Positions 32,051 through 41,734 of a stretch of 50,738 bases of DNA are shown here, one piece after another. The DNA lies in NCBI GenBank assembly GCA_030689605.1, contig JAUYFT010000026.1, positions 1-50,738 of the forward strand. The letters run 5' to 3'. A program made the translations under genes and the position numbers. Source of the stretch: a bacterium. Its GTDB lineage: Bacteria > Patescibacteriota > Patescibacteriia > PEXW01. Under the pieces are notes generated by a model. It saw only the letters and a program-made list of their open reading frames with translations. It was not told the origin of the DNA and did not search any database. Within the stretch, counting starts at the first letter, position 1; every line of letters begins with the position of its first letter.

Positions 32051-32157
32051 GAGATATATTATTGTCATCCCGGGGTAATCCGAGGGATCTCGCATTTCCT
32101 GAATATTATAAATACGAGATTTCTCCCCCTCGGTGAGCTCGGGGTCGAAATGACAAA
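32051..32157. repeat. ~105-nt imperfect palindromic (REP/MITE-like) element
   Basis: The ends are ATTGTCAT...ATGACAA. Internal arms GAGGGATCTCG and CGAGATTTCTCCCCCTC pair imperfectly. The terminal TTGTCAT/ATGACAA is the same as in the cassette modules at 28076 and 28949. Confidence 0.6.
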
Positions 32158-32168
32158 AAAATTTATAC

Positions 32169-32465
32169 TCATTCAATCTCCTCTGCCAAATCAAGCCATT
32201 TTGGATTAAGCTCGGTAATCAATTTTGTCTTCTTTGACCGTCGCCACTTCTTCAATTCTTTCTCTCGATCAATCGCAGCGCCAATGTCATTAGTTTCTTC
32301 ATAGTAGACAAGCTTGGTGCACTTATACTTCTTGGTAAAACCCTTTGCTAAACCGTGCTTGTGTTCGTAAACACGATGCACCAAGCTATTAGTCACACCA
32401 ATGTAAATCACGCCGGTTGTGCTGGCCATGATATACACAAAGTAACGATGCTTTTGCATTCTCAT
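32169..32465 (-). CDS. GIY-YIG nuclease-family protein (UPF0213-like)
   Basis: YFVYIMASTTGVIYIGVTNSLVHRVYEHKHG...YYEE...AIDREKELKKW. The ATG lies 2 nt after the metzincin stop. Confidence 0.8.
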   Translation of the reverse strand: MRMQKHRYFVYIMASTTGVIYIGVTNSLVHRVYEHKHGLAKGFTKKYKCTKLVYYEETNDIGAAIDREKELKKWRRSKKTKLITELNPKWLDLAEEIE

Positions 32466-32467
32466 TG

Positions 32468-33223
32468 CTACTTTACTTTCTGGAATGCAGCAATCTGCGC
32501 GAGCTCTTCCGGGCAGTACTGCGTCGGGACAATCTGCGGCGCCCACGACGTTGAGACTGGTTGCTCAACCACGGCGGCCATAATGCAGGAAGGTTCATCC
32601 AAGTGGTCCAAGCCAACTTGGTGGCCGAACTCGTGCAGGATGGTGGACGTCACCAGTGCGGCCTGGGCGTTCGACTCTGGTGTTAGCTCTTGGATACTTG
32701 CCATGAATACAACAATGCCATGCTCGCGGACCGAACTGCCAACCTGAGTTGGAGAAACTGCATCTTTGGTAAGCACAAAAATGTCCACCGGGGTCTGGAT
32801 GGAATCCATTTTGGATGCTTGCCCCGCGAGTCTTCGGAAGTCCTTACTCGTGTAGGTTTCTTTCGTTGATGTGAGTTGGAGCGGCGTTCCGATATCAAAC
32901 CCGCCACTGCCGAGGAGTTTCACCATTTCTGGTAGCGCCGCCTCGATGCTCCCGTTGGGAATTACCACTGCAGGATCGAGAAATATTCGCACCGGAAAAC
33001 CCTCGGAGCGTGCTGGGTGGAGGTAATCACTGCGGCCGTCTCCTGCTTGGTGCAAACCCAAGGCCCACCGAATAAGCGGACGCTCTGCTGCTCGCGCCCG
33101 CCAGTGTGTGTTGAACCAGGTATCCTGCTGCCCGTTATTCGCCTGGTAGCGCAAGAACGAGAAGCTGAATGCAAAAAAAATGACAACTAGGAGAACGACA
33201 GTAATAGAACGTTGGTGCTGCAT
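32468..33223 (-). CDS. Membrane-anchored zinc metalloprotease (metzincin-type HExxHxxGxxH)
   Basis: HEFGHQVGLDH motif and N-terminal TM helix ITVVLLVVIFFAFSFSF. Confidence 0.75.
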   Translation of the reverse strand: MQHQRSITVVLLVVIFFAFSFSFLRYQANNGQQDTWFNTHWRARAAERPLIRWALGLHQAGDGRSDYLHPARSEGFPVRIFLDPAVVIPNGSIEAALPEMVKLLGSGGFDIGTPLQLTSTKETYTSKDFRRLAGQASKMDSIQTPVDIFVLTKDAVSPTQVGSSVREHGIVVFMASIQELTPESNAQAALVTSTILHEFGHQVGLDHLDEPSCIMAAVVEQPVSTSWAPQIVPTQYCPEELAQIAAFQKVK

Positions 33224-33239
33224 ACCTTCAGTCTACCAT

Positions 33240-34118
33240 TCACTTACCGTGGAACACGACGTCTATGTAGCTGGTCGTGGAGGTTTCCGCGAGGTTCCCC
33301 GTGAGTTCGGCACCATTCGTATGGTCAACAAGGGTCTGCGCATTGGCACCCCGCAGCTGCGCGAAGGCCATTGCAATTGCCAGGCTCATCGGTGAATCGG
33401 CTGGGATGCCTCGCAGCGCATTGGGACTTGCCTGGGCGAGTGCGGCAAGCGAGATGGCGTCATCCGCCTTTGTGGCCTCAAGATTTTTGTAGTGCGAGAA
33501 ATCGACGCTTGCCACGACCAGGTCATGCTGCCCGAGTGTTCGGTTGAGAAACTCGGCCATGCGCAGCGCGGCGGCCGTGTCAAAATTACTCTGCACCGTC
33601 AGTAGGACGAACTGCACGTGCGGGAACTGCCGCTGGAGGAACGGCAGCGGGGTAAGGACGCTGTGCTCTTCAGCAATAAGTAACTCATCGGCACGCACGT
33701 CTGGTTCGGCCACCAGGGCATCCACGATGCTGTGCGGCGGAGCATAGCGTTGGCCTTGCCACATCCACGTCGTTCGGCTTGTCGTGAAGCGGGTAACGCC
33801 ACGGTTCGGGTGGTCTGGCCCGACAATGACAATCGTCTGCGGCCGGGCATCCCGCGCTGCGCCAATGACCCGCCCCATCAGGTTTGCGGCCACGAGGTGG
33901 TGAGATATGACGAAACTCGCCACCTTTGGAACAGGCACAACCGCTTGCCCACGAAGGAATGCCCCTTTGACAACAGTGGGTGTAATAATTTCCAAGGGCG
34001 CTGCGTGCAGTGCTGGTGCCTGACGAGGTGCAGCAAAGTTGCCAACGATGGCAAGTGCCAACGCGGCAGCCCCAATGCTTACCAGCGAATACTTACTTAA
34101 TCTCCAGGCTTTGCGCAC
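33240..34118 (-). CDS. Memo1/AmmeMemoRadiSam-B-like protein
   Basis: ISHHLVAAN...IVIVGPDHPNRG...VASVDFSHY matches the Memo-family His and Asp ligand pattern. GTG start overlaps the A2M 3' end by 26 nt. Confidence 0.62.
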   Translation of the reverse strand: MRKAWRLSKYSLVSIGAAALALAIVGNFAAPRQAPALHAAPLEIITPTVVKGAFLRGQAVVPVPKVASFVISHHLVAANLMGRVIGAARDARPQTIVIVGPDHPNRGVTRFTTSRTTWMWQGQRYAPPHSIVDALVAEPDVRADELLIAEEHSVLTPLPFLQRQFPHVQFVLLTVQSNFDTAAALRMAEFLNRTLGQHDLVVASVDFSHYKNLEATKADDAISLAALAQASPNALRGIPADSPMSLAIAMAFAQLRGANAQTLVDHTNGAELTGNLAETSTTSYIDVVFHGK

Positions 34119-37100
34119 CGCTGTAGTTCACCAGGTCACGGCTACTCTGCCCTTGGATGAGCGTGGGCTCGGCCGCATACCCGCCGGGCGTGAACACGCG
34201 CGCGTAGTAGTGGATTGCTCGGCTACCATCGCTCCAGAACGTTACCCGTTGGCCATCCACATCGATGGGGTACTCGACGTAATTATCGCCGATGCCATGA
34301 GACCATGGGTTAGAGACGAGCACGAAGCCGGATGGTAGTTCGTCAACGATGTAGAACTGGCGATCGGTGACGTCTTTGTTAACCTTCGGCGTAATGTCGA
34401 CGCGGATGAGGTCACCTTGCTCGAAGCTGGTCTTTGAGGACTTCATGTTCTGGTACGAACGCGTGATGCCTAGCCGCGTATCAACCTTCGCGGTGCGGAT
34501 GTCAACCGGGGCGAACGTACTCGTCACGATGCCTATGGGGCCTTGCACCGCCGTGACGCGGAAATTCTTCAACTCGTCAGTGGTCAGCGATACGGTTTTC
34601 GTTTCGCCGTTCTTGAGCTCCAGGCTTGATGCTTTGCCACTCAAGTCATACGTGAGGGAAACCGCTTGGTCATCAAGGAGCGGCACAGCGGCGCGCATGG
34701 CCAGGCTCCGCTCCAGGTTCGTCACTGCTTCTTTGGGGAAGTTGGTCTCGAGGTAGCGCGCAATCCCCTGGCGCTGCGGGAGTTTCAACCCTTCGGCCAG
34801 GATGCTAAACCGGGCGGTATTGATGGTGACGCTATCACCGGCACCCAAGCTAAGCTTCGCGAATGGCGTTTCGACGGTGCCGTACTTCTGCCACAGTGCC
34901 GCGGCAATAGCAATGGCTTTATCGTTGCTGCCCAGCGCCAAGTACGCCAGCCCAGCCGTGAGTTGGTCATGTGCGTCGATATCTGGCTGCTGCAAAAAGC
35001 TGTCGAGATCGGCGAGCACGGGCTTACCCAGGTTTGCCAGGCCGAGCAGAGCCAAACCCTGTTGGCCGAGCGATGCACTCTTCTGCTCCAGCTTGGCCGT
35101 TAAGTACCGAGCCAGCGCGCCGCTATCGAAGAGGTCGCCGCGGGCAGCCGCGTACGCGCTTGTGGTCAGATCCGAGCTGCTATACGTCACTTGGCTAATA
35201 CCGCCATCTTCCTGCTGGAAAGCGCTAGGAACGAATGACGTAGTTGCTTGGGCTTCAACCTTCAAGTCGTTCAATAGGTCAACGGCGATGCGACTGCCTA
35301 GGTACCGCTCCACGCGCTTGCCGTATGACCACTGAAGCGCTTGCAGCACCTGCACCACGCGCCCACGACCGGCATCGCTGAAGGTCAGGCTCGTGCGCCC
35401 GGGGCCAGCCGGCACAATGGTCTGGCCAACACTGGCATCCAAGTACGCGCTCTCGGCTTTCGTCACCCGTGAGCTTAGCACCTGCACTGTCCGGACGAGG
35501 ATGTCTTTATCATTACCGCGCTGCACGGTGAGTCGAATTTCCTGGGGGCCAACTGTTAGCTTCGGTAATATGAACGCCTGGCTGGTGAACGCTTTCCCTG
35601 CCCGCGTCTGGACCTTGCCAATACCGGGCGTTTCCAGCGTAAACTGCACGTCATCGGCCAAGGTCAAACCCGAGCCGTACGCATTGGCAATGACTTTCGG
35701 TGTATCGGCCAACACGTACTCTCCCGCAAGGGCGAGTGTGCCGAAAATTGATTTCGTCACCGGGATGCTCACCGTGGTGTTCCCGGCTTTCAAATCCTTG
35801 GTCACAGCCTGCGCCGTTACCTGCCAAGAGGTGAGGTTGTCGGGCACGGTGAACGTTACGGATGCATTGCCGTCACGATCTGTCTCGACGTTCTGGAACA
35901 GCACGGCATCTTTGAAAATCTTTCGGGGTTGGCCACCGCCGCCGCCGCCTTCCGCACCACTGTTCAGCTTCAGCGTGTCGTGGCTGACGTACGTCAGCAC
36001 CAAACCTGATGGCACGTTCGTGTACAGCGACTGGAGCGGGGTTGGCGAATTCTCCGTCTGGATAGCGACGATCGCCGCATCAATTGCACTCAGGTTCACC
36101 ATAGCCTGCACGGGCTTACCCTTCACATCGGTAACGTGCACATTGGCTTTCACCACATCACCTGGGCCGTAGCTTTTCTGCTCGGGGGTGACTGCAATGA
36201 TGAGCGCGCGGTCTGCGATGTCGACATTGAGACTCACCTCACCCACAAGCTGGAACGTCGAGCCGTCGAAGTACGCGCCAGCGAAAGAGATATTTGGCGC
36301 GTCTTCATTGGTCACGGTGTACGGGAATACCGAAGCGTCCTTCACGGTAACCTCCTGGATCCCATTCTGAAGTTTGAGGAAGAGGAAAGGTCCTTTCCCC
36401 GCAATAGACTGGTTACCTTTACTGATGCGAATGTCAGTGGATGCGCCAACCTTGTACGTCGTCGCGGGTCCATTCTCGGTACCATCCTGCTCGCTCGTCG
36501 ATATGGTGTAGCCCGAGCCGCTGTAAGCCCAGCGGTAACCATCACGGTATAACCAAAGCGAGCGCGTCGCTGGCCGACCTTGGCTGTCCTTTACCGAGAA
36601 CTTCACCGTGTATGTGTTCCCGGGGAGGGTAAACGCCTTCATGAACTTGCCCTGGCTATCCGTTACGCCCGTGAACTGCTCACGCTTCTCCTCGGTGACG
36701 TTGTAAGTGTATGTATCGACGACCTTCTTCTCAATGAAATCATATTGCTGGCCGTTCTTGGTCTTATGCACGACCTGCTCGTACACCGTGCCCGTAACCG
36801 GCGCGTTCGGCACGACGTCGCCGGTGAGCTGCGCCTCCCAGTAGTTCATGGGGGTTACCTTGCCCAGGTCAACGGTGCGCAAGGTGAAAGCTGCGGTGGC
36901 AGCTGTGCCGGTGAACGAACCTTCGGGGTCGTAGGTCACGCCACTCGGGAAACCAATGATGTCTGTATCTGCAGCAATATTGCCTTCCGCCGCATTCGTC
37001 GGGAAGAAGCTCCGGTGGATAGATTCGGTGCGGGAGGCGTCCGTTGCGGTAATGGTTTCCGTCACGGTCGCACGGCCCTGCCCATTCGTTGTCGTCTTAC

Positions 37101-39042
37101 TAGTCTCCTGCACACCAGACTGACCGTACCCGTCGTACCCCAAGGCAATATTCGGGGCGGGGGTGCCGTCGAAGAACTGCGTGCGAATGCTGTAGGTCAC
37201 CTTCTCGCCGTTGTAGCCCGCGAGCTTGTCGGGATTGACGAGGATCTGGTACGCCGGCTTCGTGAACGTTTGCACCTCAAAGGATTGCGTGCGGATGGTG
37301 TTGCTGCTCCCATCCCGCAATGACAGCGTGTAGCTCCCGGGCTTCAACTGCTTCAGTGTAAGCGAAGCTTTGTACGATCCGTACGAGTCAGTCGTCACGG
37401 TCTGCGTCTGGAGCGGCAGGTAGTTGCCGTTGCCATCCACGACATTCCATGACCACACCACTAACGTTAGATTGAGTGGGACAATATCCTTCGCCGTTCT
37501 CATGCGAGCCACCCCCCAAATGTTCAAGGTGTCATCAGGCCGGTAGAGTGACCGGTCAGTCGAAAGGTAAGACCAGTAATCTGGATTTGTGCCGCCCCCA
37601 CCACCCATCCCGTTATAGCCGTAGTAGGCACCCAAGGTGAGAGGCACAACGAGTGAGCGACCATCTTTTGCGGTAATCGTGTAATAATCACGGCTCGTGG
37701 CTGTCGCATTATCGGCATTGAACTGTGCGGGGGTTTTGAGGCGAGCCACCCCGTCGGCGTCAACCGTCGCGGTAATGGTGCCATCCACGCTAGTGACCGT
37801 AGCATCGGTTAGCGACTGCTTCGTCGAAAGGTCTTTCACCCAGAGCACGGCTTCGGTCTTCGTGGCGTACAGCGCGGCACCAATGTCACTCACGACCATC
37901 ACCGACTGCAAGTGCTGCTTCCCACCGACTACCATATCAATGAGGTAGTACCCCGTGTCGAAGCCTGATGGCAAACGCACGAGCGCCTGGGACTCGTGCT
38001 TCTCGAAGGTGGGCTTGAACTGCCCGACGTTCCGCAGACCCGTGACGTTCACCAGCATCCGCTCGCGGGCGGCGTACGCCCACTGCGGCAACACATCGAA
38101 CGGCTGTAGCCGGTTGATGAGCTCCTTGGCATCAGCGAATGCGTAGACGGTAATTGCCGCGCCGCTGAAGTCGCCGCCGCTATACCCCGCATCAATGACG
38201 GGTGCCTCCTTCGGCCGCACGGCGTGGAAAGCAGGATCGAATGAACCGTAGTAGCTGTACCCCGCTACCTCGCCCGTGTTCGACGTTTCGAATTGGAAAG
38301 TGAAATCTGTTACCAGCGTCACATCAGAATCCGTTGCCTGCAGTCCCTTCTTTATCGTCACGGTGTAGACGGTCGCAGGCTGGAGCCTTTCCTGGGGAAC
38401 GAATACGGTGACGCGGCCGTGCTGCTCAAACCGACCTTCCGTGGCAGGCAGGATAGTGAACGATGATTCTGGCTGCACGAGCTTGTCCGTGGTGAAGGTA
38501 ACTTCAATACCGGTATCTAAGGGGACGCCTGTGGCCTTATCACGCGGGAGCGTACCGTCGACAGCCAGCGTCTGCTTGGCTTGCACGGCCCAACTGAACG
38601 TCTGCTTCTCTGGGCCGGCATCGCCTTGGACGGTTGCGCCGAGTGCAATTTTGTACACGGCCGCGGCGGTCAGCGGCGCGGTTGGGGTAATGGTGAACTC
38701 ATTGTTCCCCTGCTCCGCCACGGCGAACGCAACCTTCGGGGTAAAGGAGAGCGACGCTTCAATATCTTTCTTCGCAATTGCAGTCGCGGCCTTCAGGGTG
38801 AATGCCGTGGACGGATCGACGCCGAGCCGGTCGCTCTTCGTTGGCGTGAAGGTAAATTGCTTCTGACTATCGTCTTTCGGAATGATTACCTTATCGAACG
38901 ATGTCCCGCCCGTCGTCGGGTTAGCGCTGCGCCAACGCAGGTAGCCAAACGTCCCGCCAACAGCAACGAGTACAACGGCAACGCCGATAACCCACCACTG
39001 CTTACGGGCGGGTGACAATTGGAAGAGTGCCATAGAGGGCAC
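34093..39042 (-). CDS. Alpha-2-macroglobulin-family giant surface protein (no thioester)
   Basis: 1649 aa with an N-terminal TM anchor. The block FQNVETDRDGNASVTFTVPDNLTSWQVTAQAV is the characteristic A2M PD-x-L-T-x-W block. No cysteine occurs anywhere, so no CxEQ thioester is present. The start is GTG 39042 or ATG 39033. Confidence 0.78.
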   Translation of the reverse strand: MPSMALFQLSPARKQWWVIGVAVVLVAVGGTFGYLRWRSANPTTGGTSFDKVIIPKDDSQKQFTFTPTKSDRLGVDPSTAFTLKAATAIAKKDIEASLSFTPKVAFAVAEQGNNEFTITPTAPLTAAAVYKIALGATVQGDAGPEKQTFSWAVQAKQTLAVDGTLPRDKATGVPLDTGIEVTFTTDKLVQPESSFTILPATEGRFEQHGRVTVFVPQERLQPATVYTVTIKKGLQATDSDVTLVTDFTFQFETSNTGEVAGYSYYGSFDPAFHAVRPKEAPVIDAGYSGGDFSGAAITVYAFADAKELINRLQPFDVLPQWAYAARERMLVNVTGLRNVGQFKPTFEKHESQALVRLPSGFDTGYYLIDMVVGGKQHLQSVMVVSDIGAALYATKTEAVLWVKDLSTKQSLTDATVTSVDGTITATVDADGVARLKTPAQFNADNATATSRDYYTITAKDGRSLVVPLTLGAYYGYNGMGGGGGTNPDYWSYLSTDRSLYRPDDTLNIWGVARMRTAKDIVPLNLTLVVWSWNVVDGNGNYLPLQTQTVTTDSYGSYKASLTLKQLKPGSYTLSLRDGSSNTIRTQSFEVQTFTKPAYQILVNPDKLAGYNGEKVTYSIRTQFFDGTPAPNIALGYDGYGQSGVQETSKTTTNGQGRATVTETITATDASRTESIHRSFFPTNAAEGNIAADTDIIGFPSGVTYDPEGSFTGTAATAAFTLRTVDLGKVTPMNYWEAQLTGDVVPNAPVTGTVYEQVVHKTKNGQQYDFIEKKVVDTYTYNVTEEKREQFTGVTDSQGKFMKAFTLPGNTYTVKFSVKDSQGRPATRSLWLYRDGYRWAYSGSGYTISTSEQDGTENGPATTYKVGASTDIRISKGNQSIAGKGPFLFLKLQNGIQEVTVKDASVFPYTVTNEDAPNISFAGAYFDGSTFQLVGEVSLNVDIADRALIIAVTPEQKSYGPGDVVKANVHVTDVKGKPVQAMVNLSAIDAAIVAIQTENSPTPLQSLYTNVPSGLVLTYVSHDTLKLNSGAEGGGGGGQPRKIFKDAVLFQNVETDRDGNASVTFTVPDNLTSWQVTAQAVTKDLKAGNTTVSIPVTKSIFGTLALAGEYVLADTPKVIANAYGSGLTLADDVQFTLETPGIGKVQTRAGKAFTSQAFILPKLTVGPQEIRLTVQRGNDKDILVRTVQVLSSRVTKAESAYLDASVGQTIVPAGPGRTSLTFSDAGRGRVVQVLQALQWSYGKRVERYLGSRIAVDLLNDLKVEAQATTSFVPSAFQQEDGGISQVTYSSSDLTTSAYAAARGDLFDSGALARYLTAKLEQKSASLGQQGLALLGLANLGKPVLADLDSFLQQPDIDAHDQLTAGLAYLALGSNDKAIAIAAALWQKYGTVETPFAKLSLGAGDSVTINTARFSILAEGLKLPQRQGIARYLETNFPKEAVTNLERSLAMRAAVPLLDDQAVSLTYDLSGKASSLELKNGETKTVSLTTDELKNFRVTAVQGPIGIVTSTFAPVDIRTAKVDTRLGITRSYQNMKSSKTSFEQGDLIRVDITPKVNKDVTDRQFYIVDELPSGFVLVSNPWSHGIGDNYVEYPIDVDGQRVTFWSDGSRAIHYYARVFTPGGYAAEPTLIQGQSSRDLVNYSGAQSLEIK

Positions 39043-39059
39043 GCGTTAAAAATGGAAGA

Positions 39060-39473
39060 TTACGTAAGGGGAACGGTTTTCACCACCGTATCAATCACCT
39101 TCTGAATGCTGGTGTGGGTCTTCACGTAGAAGCACTGCATACCCAGCTCCTCGCACTTCTGCATAACCACGCTGCTCTCCACGTTCGAAAGGATGATGAC
39201 TGGAATACTGAACAAGGACTTGTTGGCGCGAAGGCGCTCTAGGAACTGCAAACCGTTCTGTTTCGGCAAACCCAAATCCAGGATAATAGCGGCTGGCTTT
39301 ATGGACTGGGCAGTGGTTATGCCCGCAATGCCATCGTGGGCAACCGCAACAGTGTATCCCCGATCCTCGAGGGTTTCACGCAAGGCAGCAACGACCGAAA
39401 GCTCATCTTCAATAACGAGAATAGTAGGGGGGGTCTTCCGGGCGTTAGTTTGAGGTTTGCCTGCAAGTGCCAT
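39060..39473 (-). CDS. Single-domain response regulator (CheY-like receiver)
   Basis: ILVIEDE...AIILDLGLPKQNG...PVIILSN...YVKTH. ATG 39473 is chosen because the ORF-track N-terminal extension overlaps the upstream gene and is Arg/Pro/Cys-rich junk. Confidence 0.8.
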   Translation of the reverse strand: MALAGKPQTNARKTPPTILVIEDELSVVAALRETLEDRGYTVAVAHDGIAGITTAQSIKPAAIILDLGLPKQNGLQFLERLRANKSLFSIPVIILSNVESSVVMQKCEELGMQCFYVKTHTSIQKVIDTVVKTVPLT

Positions 39474-39480
39474 ACCCACA

Positions 39481-41424
39481 CTATACGGCATCTTTGCCCG
39501 GGCGGGAACCCAACTTCGTCCGACGCCGGTGCCACACCTCGTACCCTGCCCACACGACCACAGCCCCACCGGCAATAACTGCCCACGCCCAGGTGGGGAA
39601 CGACGTGGCTGCCGGCGCGGCCGACGTTTGCTTGTTTGATGCTTGCACGGCTGGCTGCACCACCACGGCATCGCCAGCAACCTGCCCACTCGGCACTGCG
39701 GTCGCTGCTTGGACATCAGCTCCGTACGTCCCATCAGCGTGGCGGCGAACGACTATGCCCCGCGTGGTCGTTGCGTACGTCACTGTGCTCATGCTCTTCC
39801 CATCAGGGTCGAGGAGAACAATGGTGCCCCCAGCATTGCGCAAGGCAAAGTTAAGATCCTCGCTGGTCAACCGTCGCGTCGCCCCGGCGTTCAAAATACC
39901 CTCAAGCTTCTGTGCCTTCTTGCCAGATTGCAGCAACCATCCTGCCAAATCTATCGAAGTTTTCCCCGTATTCGCAATCTCCACCCACTCGTCTTCGCCT
40001 TCCGCAGGATTTGGGACAAGGCTACTTATGATTACGAGCGTGCTCCGTTGAAAGTCCTTCACGGAGAAAATTACTTTATCTGTACTAAATTTGCCCTTCG
40101 AATCTGTCGCGGTAAGCGTAACTATAATACTGCCGGCTTTAATGAACGTGTGCTTCACGCTCGTGCCGGTGGCTGAACCCCCATCGCTGAAGCTCCACCG
40201 GAATTCCAAGTCATCGCCGTCTGGATCTGACGAGTCCGCGGCCGAAAGCGTGGCCGTCTCGCGGATGCGCAGGCTCGTCTCCACGTCCCGGATGGCGGCA
40301 ATGGGCGCGTGGTTCGGGTCGAGGTACTCGTTCGCACTACCCGACGTGAGCTTACCGGTCCACACCCAGGCGCCTTTGACGAGCGAGTAGCTCTGCGCTT
40401 CAGGTGCTGATCCCTGCCACAGTACCGTCGACGTTACCACGCCGTCTGCTGCGGTAAGTGTCACCGACTCACCGCCGGTATTGTTGAGCGCAATGCCAGA
40501 TTCGCCGCGCTTCACCACAAACCAGCCCCCCGGCACGATTATTCCTTTCGGGATGGTGTAGCTGGTCTTCGAGGTATCAGCGAGCTTCCAGTTCGTCAGG
40601 TCAACCGGGATGTCACCGGTGTTCACGAGCTCAATGAACTCTGCGGTCGTGTCTGGACCTTTGGGATCAGGCAGGATTTCGGAAAGCATGACGGTGTGCG
40701 GCACGGGTTGTGTAATGATAGGCACAGTCGGGGTTGGGGTGACCGTAGGAGAAGTTGCCGGTTGATTCGTATTCGTTGCTTTGGGAGCTGGTGCTGCGGC
40801 AGTGATGAATTCCAATTCTGACGTGCTGGCTTGTGGGTCAGGAACATCTCGGCTCACGAAGTCTGCGTCGTTGTGGTCGGTGTCTTCGCCGTTCCCACGA
40901 AACACATCGGCGCCACCGTCGACCAAATCAACAAGAGTAGAGGAAGAAAGAGCCTTCCGCTCAATACTCTTTGCACTACCCGGGGTGAGTGCCACCGCAC
41001 CTTCAAAGTGTGTCACCTTGCCCCAACCAACCAGGTCGACAATCCCGGCAGAACTGACGAGCTCCAGGCTATTGTCTGGTGACAGTGAGTTCGTAGTGCT
41101 ATACCGAGCATCCGGCACGATGACACCCGTATACCCAGTCGGGTGCGCGATAAGCATGTAGCCATGAGCCGCAATGGTCAACGCCTCTATACTATCCACG
41201 AGTGGGTACGTGGCGCCGCTCACCGTGCGCTTTACTAGCTGCCAACCTGTTATGTCCACTGGCGAATCTGTCGGGTTGTAAAGCTCGACAAATTCATCAG
41301 TACTAAAGCCGCTTGGCCCGCTTATTTTTATTTCGCTTATTACCACGTGCGTCGCCGGCGCAGCGTGGACCAATCGTACAAAAAACAAGAATGGAACAAT
41401 GAGGAATAAATATTTTATTCGCAT
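39481..41424 (-). CDS. Secreted, C-terminally anchored protein with three lamin-tail domains and a PKD domain
   Basis: Signal peptide MRIKYLFLIVPFLFFVRLVHA. LTD signatures are ISEI...DEFVELYNP...ITGWQL, SEILPDP...AEFIELVN...LTNWKL and DEWVEIANT...LAGWLL. PKD-like DPDGDDLEFRWSFSDG. C-terminal TM helix WAWAVIAGGAVVVWAGY followed by RRR. Confidence 0.8.
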   Translation of the reverse strand: MRIKYLFLIVPFLFFVRLVHAAPATHVVISEIKISGPSGFSTDEFVELYNPTDSPVDITGWQLVKRTVSGATYPLVDSIEALTIAAHGYMLIAHPTGYTGVIVPDARYSTTNSLSPDNSLELVSSAGIVDLVGWGKVTHFEGAVALTPGSAKSIERKALSSSTLVDLVDGGADVFRGNGEDTDHNDADFVSRDVPDPQASTSELEFITAAAPAPKATNTNQPATSPTVTPTPTVPIITQPVPHTVMLSEILPDPKGPDTTAEFIELVNTGDIPVDLTNWKLADTSKTSYTIPKGIIVPGGWFVVKRGESGIALNNTGGESVTLTAADGVVTSTVLWQGSAPEAQSYSLVKGAWVWTGKLTSGSANEYLDPNHAPIAAIRDVETSLRIRETATLSAADSSDPDGDDLEFRWSFSDGGSATGTSVKHTFIKAGSIIVTLTATDSKGKFSTDKVIFSVKDFQRSTLVIISSLVPNPAEGEDEWVEIANTGKTSIDLAGWLLQSGKKAQKLEGILNAGATRRLTSEDLNFALRNAGGTIVLLDPDGKSMSTVTYATTTRGIVVRRHADGTYGADVQAATAVPSGQVAGDAVVVQPAVQASNKQTSAAPAATSFPTWAWAVIAGGAVVVWAGYEVWHRRRTKLGSRPGKDAV

Positions 41425-41651
41425 ACAACATCAGTGATAATGACGGAAATTGTTGTGGGTGGGTGGACGACCAGCGAACATACGTCGCCCCGCCGACGGC
41501 CCAGGATGGCTCGGGCGAGCGGCGCTGAAGCGCTCACCTCTTTGCGGCTCGGGTCACTGGTGCCCGGCACAATACGGAATGACCGTACCGTACCATTCAA
41601 ACGAACCGTGACTTTGGAACCAATATCGATTTGTGATGATGTTTCTTCCAC
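41415..41651 (-). CDS. GreA/GreB C-terminal-domain-like small protein (start uncertain)
   Basis: IGSKVTVRLNGTVRSFRIVPGTSDPSRKEVSASAPLARAILGRRRGDV resembles the GreA C-terminal domain. Only the part downstream of ssb is credible, and GTG 41651 is a guess. Confidence 0.4.
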   Translation of the reverse strand: MEETSSQIDIGSKVTVRLNGTVRSFRIVPGTSDPSRKEVSASAPLARAILGRRRGDVCSLVVHPPTTISVIITDVVCE

Positions 41652-41734
41652 TTGCGCCCCAGCACCAACCGCTGCTGCACGCTGATGCCGGGCGAACAAG
41701 AGGACGAATTGTAAATGATGATCTATGTCGAAAA

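Noticed and set aside
39474-39734. N-terminal 87 aa of ORF 39060-39734 (Arg/Pro/Cys/Gly-rich)
   Set aside because: It overlaps the 3' end of the LTD/PKD gene and has non-protein-like composition. The receiver domain begins right after ATG 39473.
39481-41424. Diversity-generating retroelement target (repeated LTD domains as TR/VR)
   Set aside because: There is no reverse transcriptase in the window. The repeats are diverged protein-domain repeats, not near-identical DNA repeats differing at adenines.
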